From a bacterium (lineage in GTDB: Bacteria > SAR324 > NAC60-12), in assembly GCA_965233585.1 (NCBI GenBank), contig CBDDTI010000746.1:32001-96000 (forward strand): a DNA stretch of 64,000 nt, read 5' to 3'. This document shows, one piece after another, positions 1 through 11,864 of the stretch. Position numbers and translations under genes: made by a program. Under the pieces are notes generated by a model. That model did no database searches and was not told the DNA's origin. It saw only the letters and a program-made list of their open reading frames with translations. Numbering within the stretch: position 1 is the first letter of the stretch; every line of letters starts with the position of its first letter.

Positions 1-119
1 TCCCAATCTATACAAGCAGAGTTCCCTCCCTGTGTGCAATTTTCATCAAGAATATCCTGAGCATAACTTGTGACCACCACCTGAAGTAGCCCCAACCATA
101 GCAAAAAGAAAACTTTCAT
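1..119 (-). CDS. 5' end of a secreted protein, running off the window
   Basis: Manual translation MKVFFLLWLGLLQVVVTSYAQDILDENC...; Sec signal peptide (SYA|QD); AAGG upstream of the ATG. Confidence 0.6.
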   Translation of the reverse strand, partial: MKVFFLLWLGLLQVVVTSYAQDILDENCTQGGNSACIDW

Positions 120-193
120 GTGACCTTGTTTTATTGACAAATTTTAGTAAGAAAAAGAAAGGCAAGAATCACTCGCCTTTGATACAATCCGTT

Positions 194-2260
194 TTATTGG
201 CAATCTTTCATGCTTAATTGAAGTTTCCCTCTCCTGTCAAAAGAAGTCGCTAGCACACGGACCTCTTGACCTTCTTTGAGAAAATTTTCTACTTTGTCAA
301 CATGTCCTTCTTGAATATTGGAAATGTGAACAAGCCCTTGCTGCCCGGGAAACAACTCTACAAACGCTCCAAATTCCATAATTTTCACAACACGTGCGTC
401 ATACTGTTTTCCAAGTTCTACAACACGTGTCATGTCTTCAATTTCACCAAGCGCAAGTTCTGCCCCCTGACTATTTGGTGCTAAGATTGAAACAATGCCA
501 TCATCACTGACATTAATTTTCGCACCAGTTTTCTCAATCAAGGCTTTAATATGCTTTCCACCCGGTCCGATGATGTCTTTGATTTTTTCAACAGGCACTT
601 TGTGACGGATACATCTTGGAGCATAACTTGACAATTTTTCTCTTGGAGCAGCCAATTCTTTACCCATTTCTTCCAAGATATGCAATCTTCCTGCCTTTGC
701 TTGAGTCAATGCTTTTTCAATAATTTTACGATTGATTCCTGAAATTTTAATATCCATTTGCAAGGCTGTTACTCCGTCCTTTGTTCCTGCCACTTTGAAG
801 TCCATGTCTCCCAAATGGTCTTCATCACCAAGAATATCTGAAAGAATAGCTGTTTTTTTGCCTTCGTGAATCAATCCCATAGCAATTCCTGCAACAGGGT
901 TGGAGATAGGCACACCCACATCCATCAGTGCTAGAGACCCCGAACAAACTGTCGCCATGGAAGAAGAACCATTGGATTCAAGAATCTCTGAAACAAGGCG
1001 AATGGTATATGGGAAGTCTTCAAATTGGGGCAAAACAGCACTCAAGGCACGTTCAGCTAATGTTCCGTGTCCAATTTCACGCCTACCGGGAGGTCTCGGT
1101 GGGCTGGATTCACCAACAGAAAAAGCAGGGAAGTTATAATGCAGTAAAAAATTTTTGTAGTTGACTCCTGATAAGCTATCAATCATTTGCTGGTCATCAG
1201 TTGTTCCAAGAGTCAATGCTGCCAGTGCTTGGGTCTCGCCTCTGGTGAACAAAGCAGAACCATGTGAGCGTGGCAAGAATCCTGTCCTGCAATTAATGGG
1301 TCTGATTTCATCAGTCTTTCGTCCGTCAAGACGGTCGCCTTCCTTTAAGATTTTTTGACGCATCACCTCTTTTTTAGTGTCATCAAAAACGGTTTGTACA
1401 TCTTTTGAGACGTCATTTTCCTCTGAGACAAACTCGGTAAGGACTTCCTGCTTCGCTTTATCCAAAGCGGCATATCTTTCTTGTTTGGTGGTGATGCTGA
1501 AAGCCTCTGTAACTTTGGGCAATGTAACATGATGCACTTGTTGACGCAACTTTTCATCTACTTCTACAACAGGAGGGGCAACTTTAGTCTTTCCCCCAAG
1601 TTTGACAAGTTCGTGTTGCATGGGAAGAATTTCTTTGATTTGTTCATGTCCAAACATTAACGCATCTACCATGACTGCTTCACTGACTTCTTTGGCTTCT
1701 CCTTCTACCATCACGATTGCCTCTTCAGAACCTGCCATGAAAATATTCAAGTCTGATTTTTCTAAATCGGCATAAGGAGGATTGAATACAAATTGATTGT
1801 CTATTCTGACCACTCTACCGCCAGCAATAGGATTGTGAAAAGGCAAATCAGACACCATCAGTGCTGCAGATGCACCAATAAGCGACACAAAGTCAGGGTG
1901 ATGCACAAAATCATAACTCAAGACTGTTGCAATGACTGAAGTCTCTGAACAAAAGTTTGGGTCAAACAGAGGACGAATGGAGCGGTCAATGATTCGGGAG
2001 ATCAGTGTCTCAGAGTCTGAAGGCTTGGCTTCTCGCTTAAAAAACCCGCCCGGTATCTTGCCCGTTGCGTAAGCCTTTTCTATGTAATGGACAGACAGAG
2101 GAAAAAAATCTTTAGGTTCTGTTGATTGGGTTGATGTGGAAGTGACCAATACCATCGTATCGCCGTAGCGGACTAAAGCAGAGCCGTTTGCTTGTTTGGC
2201 AAGAGTTCCCGTTTCAATAGAAAGGGTTTGTTGACCAAGTGTTTTAGTAACTGTGTGCAT
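194..2260 (-). CDS. pnp: polyribonucleotide nucleotidyltransferase (PNPase)
   Basis: RNase PH domains (FFKRE, RREIGHG, SNGSSSMA, DFKVAGT) plus KH and S1; follows rpsO. Confidence 0.98.
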   Translation of the reverse strand: MHTVTKTLGQQTLSIETGTLAKQANGSALVRYGDTMVLVTSTSTQSTEPKDFFPLSVHYIEKAYATGKIPGGFFKREAKPSDSETLISRIIDRSIRPLFDPNFCSETSVIATVLSYDFVHHPDFVSLIGASAALMVSDLPFHNPIAGGRVVRIDNQFVFNPPYADLEKSDLNIFMAGSEEAIVMVEGEAKEVSEAVMVDALMFGHEQIKEILPMQHELVKLGGKTKVAPPVVEVDEKLRQQVHHVTLPKVTEAFSITTKQERYAALDKAKQEVLTEFVSEENDVSKDVQTVFDDTKKEVMRQKILKEGDRLDGRKTDEIRPINCRTGFLPRSHGSALFTRGETQALAALTLGTTDDQQMIDSLSGVNYKNFLLHYNFPAFSVGESSPPRPPGRREIGHGTLAERALSAVLPQFEDFPYTIRLVSEILESNGSSSMATVCSGSLALMDVGVPISNPVAGIAMGLIHEGKKTAILSDILGDEDHLGDMDFKVAGTKDGVTALQMDIKISGINRKIIEKALTQAKAGRLHILEEMGKELAAPREKLSSYAPRCIRHKVPVEKIKDIIGPGGKHIKALIEKTGAKINVSDDGIVSILAPNSQGAELALGEIEDMTRVVELGKQYDARVVKIMEFGAFVELFPGQQGLVHISNIQEGHVDKVENFLKEGQEVRVLATSFDRRGKLQLSMKDCQ

Positions 2261-2341
2261 GAATTAGATTAAAATGGGTTAAAGGACACCTTCTACCCTA
2301 AAACGTAAAAGGCTTGTTGGTAAAGTTTTTTTTTGAAGATT

Positions 2342-2608
2342 TCATCTTCTTATACCGAGTTTGGCAATGATGCTTTGGTAACGGGATTCATCTTTTCTTG
2401 CAAGATATTGCAGAAATTTTCTACGTTGACCAACCAGTTTTAAAAGACCACGCCTAGAAGCATGGTCTTTGGGTTTGATTTTGAAGTGCTTCGTCAAATA
2501 AGTAATTCTTGCTGAAAGCAAGGCGATTTGTACTTCTGCAGAACCTGTGTCGGTGTTTGATGAGCCGTAAGTCTGAATGACTTCCTTTTTTTGTTCTTTG
2601 GTTAACAT
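2342..2608 (-). CDS. rpsO: 30S ribosomal protein S15
   Basis: DTGSAEVQIALL and DHASRRGLLKLVGQRR motifs. Confidence 0.98.
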   Translation of the reverse strand: MLTKEQKKEVIQTYGSSNTDTGSAEVQIALLSARITYLTKHFKIKPKDHASRRGLLKLVGQRRKFLQYLARKDESRYQSIIAKLGIRR

Positions 2609-2630
2609 AATTCCTTTTGTTTAAAATCAA

Positions 2631-3542
2631 CTAAATAAAAACTTTTTCAGGGTAAAAGTAAGTTTGAGAAGAGTGCTTGTTTAGGTATCCCACAGCAAGC
2701 AGTTGATGACACTTATCAATCATTTTGGTTGGGGTTTTCCAATGTTCCTCTTTGGTTTCAACTTCCACACGATTCCCATGTCCAACATGCGTTTGAGATT
2801 GTTGAGAGTCAACTTGAATGGTATGCCATGTTTGAAGCAACTTGACAGGGTCAATCGTTGGCAACTCTTTGCCTTCTTCCTTAAATTGCTTCAGATCATC
2901 AAATGAATGACTTGTTTCCAATGAAAAACTACTTCCTACTTGGACTCTTTCTAAGCCCTCCAACAATGCGTAAGACCCAAGTTTTCTGCCTAAATCATCT
3001 GCCAAAGTACGAATGTAAGTTCCTGCTGAACAGCAGATTTTAGCCTGAATTAAAGGAGGTTTGATGTCTTCTATGATGATGGATTTAAAAAACACCTGCT
3101 TTTTTTTGCGAATGTGAGCCTTGCCTTGCCTTGCGAGCTGATATGCAGGAACTCCATGATGTTTCACCGCAGCATAAGGAGGTGTCAACTGCGTTTGACT
3201 TCCCAAAAAAGACTGCATAGTTTGTTCTATATCTTTTGCCTTAATATGTTCAAAAGGCTTAGAATCTATGATCTGACCTTGTGCGTCAAAGGTGTCAGAA
3301 CAAGCTCCCAATCTGATTGTAGCAAGATAAGTTTTGTCTGATTTTTCTAGCAGAGAAATGAGCTTGGTATATTTTCCTAAAAAAACAGGCAAAACACCTG
3401 TTGCCATTGGGTCTAGTGTTCCTAAATGCCCAGCTTTTTTAGATTTAAAAAAAGAACGTAGTGAGTAGGTTTGTGAAGAAGAGGTTTGATTCTTTTTTTT
3501 GTATAAATTGATAATTTTATCCATTTTATCTATCTCACCCAT
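2631..3542 (-). CDS. truB: tRNA pseudouridine(55) synthase
   Basis: GHLGTLDPMATGVL and GTYIRTLADDLG motifs; synteny. Confidence 0.96.
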   Translation of the reverse strand: MGEIDKMDKIINLYKKKNQTSSSQTYSLRSFFKSKKAGHLGTLDPMATGVLPVFLGKYTKLISLLEKSDKTYLATIRLGACSDTFDAQGQIIDSKPFEHIKAKDIEQTMQSFLGSQTQLTPPYAAVKHHGVPAYQLARQGKAHIRKKKQVFFKSIIIEDIKPPLIQAKICCSAGTYIRTLADDLGRKLGSYALLEGLERVQVGSSFSLETSHSFDDLKQFKEEGKELPTIDPVKLLQTWHTIQVDSQQSQTHVGHGNRVEVETKEEHWKTPTKMIDKCHQLLAVGYLNKHSSQTYFYPEKVFI

Positions 3543-3547
3543 CTTTT

Positions 3548-3895
3548 TCAGGTCTCTGCATTGACAGAAATTTTTTTGAATGTTTGGTCTAGTTGGTCGC
3601 TATGGTCAAATCCTAAATCATAGACAAATTTTAGTCTAGGAGTCCTCCGTTTATTTAAAGCCTTTGCCAAGCGTGTTCCCAGATAACCAGAGGCATGATT
3701 TAGAGAGGTGACCAGTTCGTCTGTCTCTTGAGAAGGGAAAATGGAAATAAAAACTAATGCGGTTGAAAAATCTGGGGCAGGCTGTACACGTGTCACTGTC
3801 ACTCTGTCAAATCTTGGGTCATTGGATTGTTTCAGAAGAATCTGAGATAACTTGCGTTGTAAAAGAATGGCATGGAATTGTTTTGTTTTCTGCAT
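3548..3895 (-). CDS. rbfA: ribosome-binding factor A
   Basis: DPR..VTVT.V, RRTPRLKFVYD; between infB and truB. Confidence 0.92.
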   Translation of the reverse strand: MQKTKQFHAILLQRKLSQILLKQSNDPRFDRVTVTRVQPAPDFSTALVFISIFPSQETDELVTSLNHASGYLGTRLAKALNKRRTPRLKFVYDLGFDHSDQLDQTFKKISVNAET

Positions 3896-3901
3896 ATCTG
3901 C

Positions 3902-6334
3902 CTAAAGTGTAACTGATTCTTCAACAAATGTATAAACTTCTATGGTGTCTCCAACTTGAACATCATTAGACTCAAAGGAAATTCCGCATTCATAGTGATT
4001 CCCAACTTCCTTGACGTCGTCTTTAAATCGCTTCAAAGAACTCAAGGGTCCGTTGTAACACTCCTTGTCACCTCGCATCAATCTAATGCAAGCATCTTTC
4101 GTGATTTTACCATCTTGGACGTAGCACCCTACAATCTGACGGGACTTAATGGCGTTGAAAATCTCTCTAACAACACAACGTCCGATGACTTCTTCTTTCA
4201 CCTGTGGTTTCAACATTCCTTGCAGGGCGAGCTTCACATCTTCAAGTGCTTCATAGATGACCTTGTAATAACGTATAGCCACACCTTCATCAAGGTTGAC
4301 CTTCTTGGCGGTGGCTTCCATTCCAACATCAAATGCAATGATGATTGCATCAGAAGCCGATGCTAGCATGACATCATTCTCCGTAATGTTTCCAGAGGCT
4401 GAGTGGATGACACGTATAGAGGCATTTTCATTGCCAAGCTGTGCAAAAGTTTCTTCCAACGCTTCTGCAGAACCCTGCACATCAGTTTTAATCAGTAGCT
4501 TGAGTTCAACAAACTCTTCTACTTCAATGCTTGAAAATAAGTTTTCAAGTTGCATTTTTCGCTGCTTGACAGCTGCCTCTTCTCTTGAACGTGTGATGCG
4601 TCTTTCTGCAATCTGTCTGGCAATTTTGTCATCATTTAGAACATGAAGCCTTGAACCAACATCTGCCACACGATTTAAGCCGCTAATTTCAGCAGGCATA
4701 GAAGGGGTGGCTTCAAGCAAATTTTTACCACGACTGTTGGTCATGGCTCTGATTTTGCCATAAGTTTGACCTGCCACAAAACAGTCCCCTACTTTAAGGG
4801 TACCTTCTTCAACGATGACTGTTGCCACAGGACCTTTGCCTTTTTTCAAATGTGATTCAATGATGTTGCCCTGTGCCAATCCTTCTACCTTTGCTTTGAG
4901 TTCTAACACTTCTGCATGCAGATGGATCATATCCATGAGCTGATCAACGCCCTCCCCTGTGATGGCAGAAACATTCACAAAGGTTGTCTTTCCTCCAAAT
5001 TCTTCTGCTATCAGCTCGTGGCTTAGCAACTCTTGTCTGACTTTTTGAGGGTCTGCGTCTGGCAAGTCTATCTTATTGACTGCAACAATCATCTCAGCAT
5101 TTGCCGCTTGTGCATGGTGAATGGCTTCCACAGTTTGTGGCTGAACGCCATCATTGGCAGCCACAACCAAAATGACAATATCCGTTACATTTGCACCTCT
5201 TGCACGCATTGCCGTAAATGCTTCATGCCCCGGTGTGTCAAGCAGTGTCATTTCACCTGCATCAGTGTAAATGCGGTATGCCCCCATGTGTTGTGTGATT
5301 CCGCCTGCTTCTTTGCGAACGACTTGAGATTTGCGAATGTAATCCAAAAGGGACGTCTTACCATGGTCTACATGCCCCATGATTGTTACAACAGGAGCCC
5401 TCGTCATGGCTTCTCCTGTGGCTTGAGATGTCAAGACGTCTTCTAAATCTTTTGCTTCTATTTCTACTTCTACTTGGAATTCTGATGCAATCAAAGCAGC
5501 CTCTTCGCCTGAGATTGATTGATTGATTGTAGCAAGCACCCCAAGGTCCATGAGCTTTTTAATGATGTCTGATGCTCTAATTCCAATCGCACTGGACAAT
5601 TCTGATACAGTGATTGTTGCACCAATTTTGATAGATCCTTTACGAGGATTGAAGGTATGCTTGACGACTTCTTCTTCCTGAATCTTTTCTTTTGATTTTT
5701 TAACTTTTTTGCGTTTCCTTCTTAACTCTGAAGCATGGTCATCAAATTGGTTGTTGTATTTTTTGTCTGATGTTTTTTTTACGTTTTTTCTGCCTGCAAG
5801 CCAATTTTCACGATCTTTAGCAGAGTTGACAATTTCAATTTGTCTTCTAGGAGCAGGTTGGTATTTGGGGGTAGGTGAGTCCTCAACTTGCGGTTGTTCT
5901 GGGGCAGTCTTGTTTGTTGTCTTTTCTACCACTTTTTTGACAACTTGGGGTTCAGGCTTGGGTTGTTCTTGGGTTTGAGGAACGTCTGTTGTCTCTAGCT
6001 TTTTGGTTTCAGTAGGGTTTTGAGTTTTTTTAGTGGTTTCTTTTTCAATCTGCTCTTGCTTGGCGGCTTCTTTTTTTTGACGAATTTCTTTTGCTGTTTT
6101 AGATTGCGTCTCTGTATTTCTGGAAATCCTTCTGCGCCTAGTTGGTGCTTCCTTTGTCTGTGGCGATTTTTGTGGCTTGTTTTCTATCCTGTGTTGAAGT
6201 TTTGCCACCTGATCTTCATTCAAAAAATCAAAAACGCCTTTGACATCCAGACCAATGCTCTTAGCAACTTCAACTAATTCTTTGGCAGGAATATTTAATT
6301 TAGCAGCCAAATCTCTCAGCTTTATTTCACTCAT
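3902..6334 (-). CDS. infB: translation initiation factor IF-2
   Basis: [20 protein letters not shown] GTPase motifs; [12 protein letters not shown]. Confidence 0.98.
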   Translation of the reverse strand: MSEIKLRDLAAKLNIPAKELVEVAKSIGLDVKGVFDFLNEDQVAKLQHRIENKPQKSPQTKEAPTRRRRISRNTETQSKTAKEIRQKKEAAKQEQIEKETTKKTQNPTETKKLETTDVPQTQEQPKPEPQVVKKVVEKTTNKTAPEQPQVEDSPTPKYQPAPRRQIEIVNSAKDRENWLAGRKNVKKTSDKKYNNQFDDHASELRRKRKKVKKSKEKIQEEEVVKHTFNPRKGSIKIGATITVSELSSAIGIRASDIIKKLMDLGVLATINQSISGEEAALIASEFQVEVEIEAKDLEDVLTSQATGEAMTRAPVVTIMGHVDHGKTSLLDYIRKSQVVRKEAGGITQHMGAYRIYTDAGEMTLLDTPGHEAFTAMRARGANVTDIVILVVAANDGVQPQTVEAIHHAQAANAEMIVAVNKIDLPDADPQKVRQELLSHELIAEEFGGKTTFVNVSAITGEGVDQLMDMIHLHAEVLELKAKVEGLAQGNIIESHLKKGKGPVATVIVEEGTLKVGDCFVAGQTYGKIRAMTNSRGKNLLEATPSMPAEISGLNRVADVGSRLHVLNDDKIARQIAERRITRSREEAAVKQRKMQLENLFSSIEVEEFVELKLLIKTDVQGSAEALEETFAQLGNENASIRVIHSASGNITENDVMLASASDAIIIAFDVGMEATAKKVNLDEGVAIRYYKVIYEALEDVKLALQGMLKPQVKEEVIGRCVVREIFNAIKSRQIVGCYVQDGKITKDACIRLMRGDKECYNGPLSSLKRFKDDVKEVGNHYECGISFESNDVQVGDTIEVYTFVEESVTL

Positions 6335-6359
6335 AAAATTTCATTTAATGTACGGCAAG

Positions 6360-7544
6360 TCATGTTGTGAGTTCTGTTGTTTTCTCAACCACTTCATCAG
6401 GGTTTCCGCCTTTTTGAAACTCCCTTGCTAAACTTTCCTCAATGGACAGGACATTGGTTGTTTCTTCGGCTAGCGCTGCATTGATATGACAACCCAGTAA
6501 CTTTGATGCAAGCCGAATATTCAGTCCATTCTTACCAATCGCAAGAGACAGATTTTCAGCATCAAACCACGCATTGACAATGGTTTGCTTCCGACCATTG
6601 TCATCGGCTTCTTCAACAATTTCTAACCGTTCTGCCCTTGCAGGAATCAAAGCATTTTGTACATAAGTTGTAAAGTTTTCGCTAAATTGAACAACATCAA
6701 TCCGTTCACCTCTTAGCTCACTGACAATGGCTTGGATGCGACTCCCACGAACCCCAACACACGCACCCACTGGATCAAGGTCTGGGTCATCTGTATCTAC
6801 TGCCACTTTAGCACGTTTGCCCGGTTCCCTTGCGGCATTGATGACTTCTATTGACCCCTCATAAACTTCTGGTACTTCCATCTCAAAAAGTTTCATTAAA
6901 AACCCCGGGTGAGTTCTGGAGATCATCAGTTGAGCCAGTTTTCTTGGATCATTAGAGACGTCCATGAGGTAAATGCGGACATGTTCACCATTTTCAAAAC
7001 GTTCACCCGGAATTTGTTCCCGTTTGAAGAGATAAGTTTCTACGTTCCGGATCACTAATGCAATTCTTCCTGAAGGTTCTACCCGTAAAACAGAACCTGA
7101 TAGGATTTCTCCTTTTTGAGGGTGAAAAATTTCAAAAATTTTGGCACGTTCTGCTTCGTGAATGCGTCTAAGTAGCATTTGTCTTGAAAGCTGTGCAATT
7201 CGGTCAAATTCTTTTTCAGGAAGTTCCACCTCCACTTCTTCTCCTTCTTCAGGGGGAACAGGTTCGGCGTCTTCTGGTCCTTTTGACTCAAGCTCAATTT
7301 TTTGTGCATCATCTGGAGTAATTTCATTGTCAGGGTCAGAAACAAAAGGGACAACTAGCTTGATGTTGAATAGTGTAACAACTCCTTTCTTCTTGTTAAA
7401 AATCCCATCAATCTCTCTGTACTTTGGCAGTTTCTTTTGTGCTGCTGCCACCATGGTCTCAACTAACATTTCTGTAAGTTGATCCCTGTCTAGTTGTTTC
7501 TCCTTTGACAACTCGTTCAATATGGATATTAGATTTTCTTGCAA
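6360..7544 (-). CDS. nusA: transcription termination/antitermination factor NusA
   Basis: [38 protein letters not shown]; start placed at TTG 7544 behind an AAGAGG RBS (track ORF starts at 7595). Confidence 0.95.
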   Translation of the reverse strand: MQENLISILNELSKEKQLDRDQLTEMLVETMVAAAQKKLPKYREIDGIFNKKKGVVTLFNIKLVVPFVSDPDNEITPDDAQKIELESKGPEDAEPVPPEEGEEVEVELPEKEFDRIAQLSRQMLLRRIHEAERAKIFEIFHPQKGEILSGSVLRVEPSGRIALVIRNVETYLFKREQIPGERFENGEHVRIYLMDVSNDPRKLAQLMISRTHPGFLMKLFEMEVPEVYEGSIEVINAAREPGKRAKVAVDTDDPDLDPVGACVGVRGSRIQAIVSELRGERIDVVQFSENFTTYVQNALIPARAERLEIVEEADDNGRKQTIVNAWFDAENLSLAIGKNGLNIRLASKLLGCHINAALAEETTNVLSIEESLAREFQKGGNPDEVVEKTTELTT

Positions 7545-7584
7545 AACTGACCTCTTATGTAACGTCTTGGATTCAAATGATTGG

Positions 7585-8040
7585 CTAAAAATCAAAAATA
7601 GGATCTAGGTGTGCTTTCCTGATTTGAGAGTATTGAAAAGTTTGTGATTGATTCCCTGTTTTGAGCTGAATTTGTTGAGCGTCTGCATGTTTTAACACGC
7701 CTTGACAAGGCTCTTGATTACTTGTGTTTTGATGTAGATAAACTTTGACATGATTGCCAATGAAACGTTGGTAATGGCGTGGTTCCTTCAGAGGTCTAAA
7801 AATCCCCGGAGAAGAAACTTCAAGAAAGTAACGTTCTTCAATGAAATTGTGTTGATCTAGTATGGAATCAATAATTTGGTTGGCTTCTTGGCACTTATCA
7901 AGGTTGACACCCCCGATACAATCTACAAAAACTTGCAAAGTCGGCTCACCTTCCGTTTGACAAAAGACGACATCAACCAACTCAAACCCCTCTTTTGCTA
8001 AAGGTTCTTGTAACAGAGTGATGATACGATGACAATCCAA
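7585..8040 (-). CDS. rimP: ribosome maturation factor RimP
   Basis: LEVSSPGIFRPL motif; upstream of nusA. Confidence 0.93.
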   Translation of the reverse strand: MDCHRIITLLQEPLAKEGFELVDVVFCQTEGEPTLQVFVDCIGGVNLDKCQEANQIIDSILDQHNFIEERYFLEVSSPGIFRPLKEPRHYQRFIGNHVKVYLHQNTSNQEPCQGVLKHADAQQIQLKTGNQSQTFQYSQIRKAHLDPIFDF

Positions 8041-8253
8041 ATTTAAGACCTACTTCTAATCCGCCTATGCTATTTTTGAACAAAAGTGGTTAGGATAGCA
8101 AACCTAAATGATGTTGTCTATTTTTTAATTTTAGCGAAGCTCCGTTTCATGCTCTCATGTGACGTTTGGCAAATTTATCGGCAAATATTTGACTGGCCAA
8201 AAAATTGCCTCTGAAGGATTTAGGAGGATAAAACAAAAGAATATAAAAAAAGG

Positions 8254-8282
8254 TTGCAACAGAGAATAGAATTTTGTAATAT
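8254..8282 (+). promoter_or_regulatory. sigma70-type promoter of the ABC transporter operon
   Basis: TTGCAA-17 nt-TAATAT, followed by a TGGGAGG/CCTCCCA hairpin (8291-8309) and an AGGAG RBS. Confidence 0.55.
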
Positions 8283-8336
8283 GCGTTTTCTGGGAGGATA
8301 CCCCTCCCATTTTAACCAATTTCTTAGGAGAATATT

Positions 8337-9560
8337 ATGATAAAAAAAGTAATCGGGGCATCGTTTGCCCTGGCAATGGGAACAGCTGCATATGCAAGCT
8401 GTGATGTAGAAGGTCGTATCAGCGTGCTGTCAAATGCCGGGTTTATTGATACCAGCTTTAAACAAGAATTTGAAGCATGTCATAGCGATAGCTTTAAATC
8501 CACTTGGAAAGCCAACCCAGACCATAAAAGCGAAATTGTTAAAGCATTTGACGCAAAAAAAGGTCCGTATGATGTGTCGTTTGTCGCAAATGGTTCCATC
8601 AATGAAGTTCAATCCAAAGGATTGTTATACCCTTTGGATGATCTGGTTGCCAAGTACAAAGACAAATATAAAATTACCGAAAACCAACTGGTACGCATTG
8701 ACGGCAAGATTTATTCCATCGCCTTTATGGTCAATGCACAACATTTCTTCTATCGCAAAGATTTGTTTGAAAAGCACGACATTCCTGTACCAACAACTTA
8801 TGATGAGATTTTGGCAGCAGCAGAAATCTTGGAAAAAGAAGAAAGTATTGACTTTCCATATGGTGCAGCATTTAAGTCTGGTTGGAACTTGGCACAAGAA
8901 TTTAACAACATCTACCTAGGTCACGAAGGGACATACTTCAAACCCGGTACTTTTGAGCCTGCCATCAGAAACGGTAAAGCCATGAAGAGCTTGGAGTTAA
9001 TGGCGAAACTAAAAGCACACATGTCACCAAACGCCTTGGTATTGGATTCTGGCTCCGTACAACAAATGGCGCGTAATGGTAAAATCGCTATGGCAGTCTT
9101 GTGGGGTACCCGTGCAGAAGGTATGGATGACGCAAGTAAGAGTTCTGTTGTAGGGAAGTTTGAATTTACTTCCGCCCCAAAAATTTCTAAGGATTCCGAT
9201 GTAGTGGCATCTACTGTCTTCTGGGATGGTTTTGTCATCCCCAAAAATGCCCAAGCAGACCGAGAACAAACATTTAAAAATGTAATGTACCTATATTCTC
9301 CTGAAATGGTGAAAAAGTACAATGACAAAGTTGTATGGGTCATGGATGGTTATGAAGTCAACCGATACGCAAAAGGCGTGATTGAAACATTTGAAAACGA
9401 CGCGCCTCAATTTCCATTGACACCTGCATACAGTGTGATGCACGGTATATTTGGCAAGGAAATTGGTAACTACTTGACTGGTAAAAAATCTGCCGAACAA
9501 GTCTTAGAAGATGTAGAAGCAGAATACCGCAAGGTTGCCAAAGAAAAAGGCATCTTGTAA
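8337..9560 (+). CDS. carbohydrate ABC transporter (CUT1) substrate-binding protein
   Basis: Signal peptide; FFYRKDLFEK..IPVPTTYDE motif of family 1 binding proteins. Confidence 0.9.
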   Translation: MIKKVIGASFALAMGTAAYASCDVEGRISVLSNAGFIDTSFKQEFEACHSDSFKSTWKANPDHKSEIVKAFDAKKGPYDVSFVANGSINEVQSKGLLYPLDDLVAKYKDKYKITENQLVRIDGKIYSIAFMVNAQHFFYRKDLFEKHDIPVPTTYDEILAAAEILEKEESIDFPYGAAFKSGWNLAQEFNNIYLGHEGTYFKPGTFEPAIRNGKAMKSLELMAKLKAHMSPNALVLDSGSVQQMARNGKIAMAVLWGTRAEGMDDASKSSVVGKFEFTSAPKISKDSDVVASTVFWDGFVIPKNAQADREQTFKNVMYLYSPEMVKKYNDKVVWVMDGYEVNRYAKGVIETFENDAPQFPLTPAYSVMHGIFGKEIGNYLTGKKSAEQVLEDVEAEYRKVAKEKGIL

Positions 9561-9572
9561 GACACATACTAT

Positions 9573-9602
9573 AAACGGGTGGGGTTTAACCCGCCCATTT
9601 TG
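9573..9602 (+). terminator. stem-loop after the binding-protein gene (terminator or mRNA stabiliser)
   Basis: GGGTGGG-loop-CCCGCCC followed by ATTTT. Confidence 0.45.
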
Positions 9603-9631
9603 TACTACAACACATGTAACGGCATACAACA

Positions 9632-10783
9632 ATGACAAAATTAGATATGCACCCGTACAGTCCAGCACACAGCCGAAATATATCCCCTAAAGGGAAGTTA
9701 CACGGTCGTACCTATACTTATGCTGATATTCATGCGGGGCATAAACGGGAACGAGAAATTCCCATGAAAGGCTTTGAACCCCATTATGGTAGCATTCCCG
9801 ACTATATCATCCGCTGTACCTATGACATATGGAACCATAAAAATTCTGGATTGATTGACACCCACTATGCAGAGGTGGGTGAAATTTATACCCCCCTTGG
9901 CTTTGCCAGTCAAATGCAAGAGGTAATTGAAAGTACCAATCAATCCTTGTCATCTACCTCTGATGCAGAGGGCTATTGTATGAATGTTATTTGGGCTGGC
10001 AACGAAGACGATGGATACTTGTCGTCACATTTGATACGGTCTCACAAGATTAACAAGGGGGATACAGCGTTCGGTCCTGCATCACACAATCGTATTGATA
10101 CATTTACCATCGCCGATTGCCTGTGTTGGGAAAATAAGATTATCAAGGAATGGCTTGTTCGGGACAATGGTGGGATCGTGAAACAAATGGGGTTGAATCC
10201 CAAAGATGTCGCTTGGAAATTGGCGGTGACCGATTATCAAAACGAAGTCACGCACTGGTGGGAAATGGTCTGTACAGAACGAAACCAAGCCCCAAAAACC
10301 CGCCCTATCTTACAAGGACGACCAGACGACAACAACCATACACAAGTTGTTTTAAACATGTTTAATGATGTATGGCATGCAAATTATTTCGCACTGGTGG
10401 ACGAATATTATTCTTATAATGTGCAGGTCAAAGCGTTTGGCAGTCGGGATATTGTGGGAACACCACACCTAAAAACTTTATTAACCGATATTTATGCTGG
10501 ACTAGCAGGAGCAGATTTTGTGGTAGATCATACCCAAGAAACCGCCTCAAATGCTGGGGATAATGAATCGTTTGTGCATGTACGGTGGTCTATTGCTGCA
10601 ACCCATGCAGACAGCCCCACCTTTGGCAAGGGTACAGGGTGTCCTCTGTACATCATGGGCATTTCTCAATTCCGTGTAGTAGATGGTCGTATTTGTGAAG
10701 AATGGACACTGTTTGACGAATTGGCGTTGTGGAAACAAATTCATCTGCACGCTATCAGAAAAAATCCTGAAATGTTAGGGTAG
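9632..10783 (+). CDS. tandem SnoaL/NTF2-like (ester cyclase family) protein
   Basis: Two NTF2-like halves ending KIIKEWLVRD and GRICEEWTLFDE. Confidence 0.75.
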   Translation: MTKLDMHPYSPAHSRNISPKGKLHGRTYTYADIHAGHKREREIPMKGFEPHYGSIPDYIIRCTYDIWNHKNSGLIDTHYAEVGEIYTPLGFASQMQEVIESTNQSLSSTSDAEGYCMNVIWAGNEDDGYLSSHLIRSHKINKGDTAFGPASHNRIDTFTIADCLCWENKIIKEWLVRDNGGIVKQMGLNPKDVAWKLAVTDYQNEVTHWWEMVCTERNQAPKTRPILQGRPDDNNHTQVVLNMFNDVWHANYFALVDEYYSYNVQVKAFGSRDIVGTPHLKTLLTDIYAGLAGADFVVDHTQETASNAGDNESFVHVRWSIAATHADSPTFGKGTGCPLYIMGISQFRVVDGRICEEWTLFDELALWKQIHLHAIRKNPEMLG

Positions 10784-10806
10784 CGACACCTAAAGGATAA
10801 CAGACA

Positions 10807-11862
10807 ATGAAATTAAGCACGTTTTTAAAATTTGCAGCCCCAAGTTTTTTTGTCATGGTAGTCTTTATCTTTTTACCTCTGGTGGGGGCGGGGTGGCTGT
10901 CTGTACACCAAGAAGGTATTAAAACCGAAACGGTCAGAACGGTGGTTTCTACACCCATGTTTGGTGGTAAAGCCCAAAAGAAAGAACGCATGGTCACCCA
11001 AGCAGTTTTAGATGAAGATGGCAACCCACAAAGGTATTATGAATATATTGGCACCGATAATTTCACCAGCTTAATTGCACCACATAAAATTAGTGATGGG
11101 TGGAACAAAGCGTTTTCAAACGATGAACTACACTTTTTCGCTAAAATAGCCTCGTTCTATTACGCACTGACCGCCATTGAGTTTTGGGGGGCATTAGAAT
11201 TTACCCTATTGTACACCTTTGCCACTTTGCCAGCCGTGTTAATATTTGGCTTTATGGTTGCGTGGGCAGTCAATACCATGTTTCAAAAGGTGCGGGGGGT
11301 GTTGGTCTTTATGTCTTTGTTACCCTTTATCATCACACCAGTCGTTGGATCCTTAGCTGTATATTGGTTATTCCTAGACGATGCGATTGTTGCCGCCCTG
11401 ATGGAAAAACTGGGATATGCACAATTTTATTTCCTCAGCAGTAAAATCAGTATTCGTTCGCTGATTATATTCTATGGTATTTGGCATACTCTGCCATTTG
11501 CATTTGTGGTGTTGTTTGCAGGCTTGCAGTCCGTACCTCAAGATTCCATGGAAGCAGCAGATATTGATGGGGCGAGCATGTGGCATAAAATTCGTTTCGT
11601 CGTCATTCCGCATTTAATGCCCTTATTTGTATTTGTTACCTTAATCCATGTGATGGACGCTTATCGCGTGTTTGAACCTGTGTTAGTCTTTGGGTCAGCA
11701 TTGTTTGCAGACAGCTTGCAACACTTGACATATTATATTATTTCTGAAGAAAACAACTATAATAAGGCCGCTGCCTCTGGTCTGCTGACCGTATTAGGCA
11801 TCGTCATCTTACTGATACCAGTGCTAAGACGCACTTGGCGTGAACAACGAGAAGGAGTGTAA
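10807..11862 (+). CDS. carbohydrate ABC transporter permease (MalF-like)
   Basis: EAADIDGAS EAA loop; multiple TM helices. Confidence 0.92.
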   Translation: MKLSTFLKFAAPSFFVMVVFIFLPLVGAGWLSVHQEGIKTETVRTVVSTPMFGGKAQKKERMVTQAVLDEDGNPQRYYEYIGTDNFTSLIAPHKISDGWNKAFSNDELHFFAKIASFYYALTAIEFWGALEFTLLYTFATLPAVLIFGFMVAWAVNTMFQKVRGVLVFMSLLPFIITPVVGSLAVYWLFLDDAIVAALMEKLGYAQFYFLSSKISIRSLIIFYGIWHTLPFAFVVLFAGLQSVPQDSMEAADIDGASMWHKIRFVVIPHLMPLFVFVTLIHVMDAYRVFEPVLVFGSALFADSLQHLTYYIISEENNYNKAAASGLLTVLGIVILLIPVLRRTWREQREGV

Positions 11863-11864
11863 CG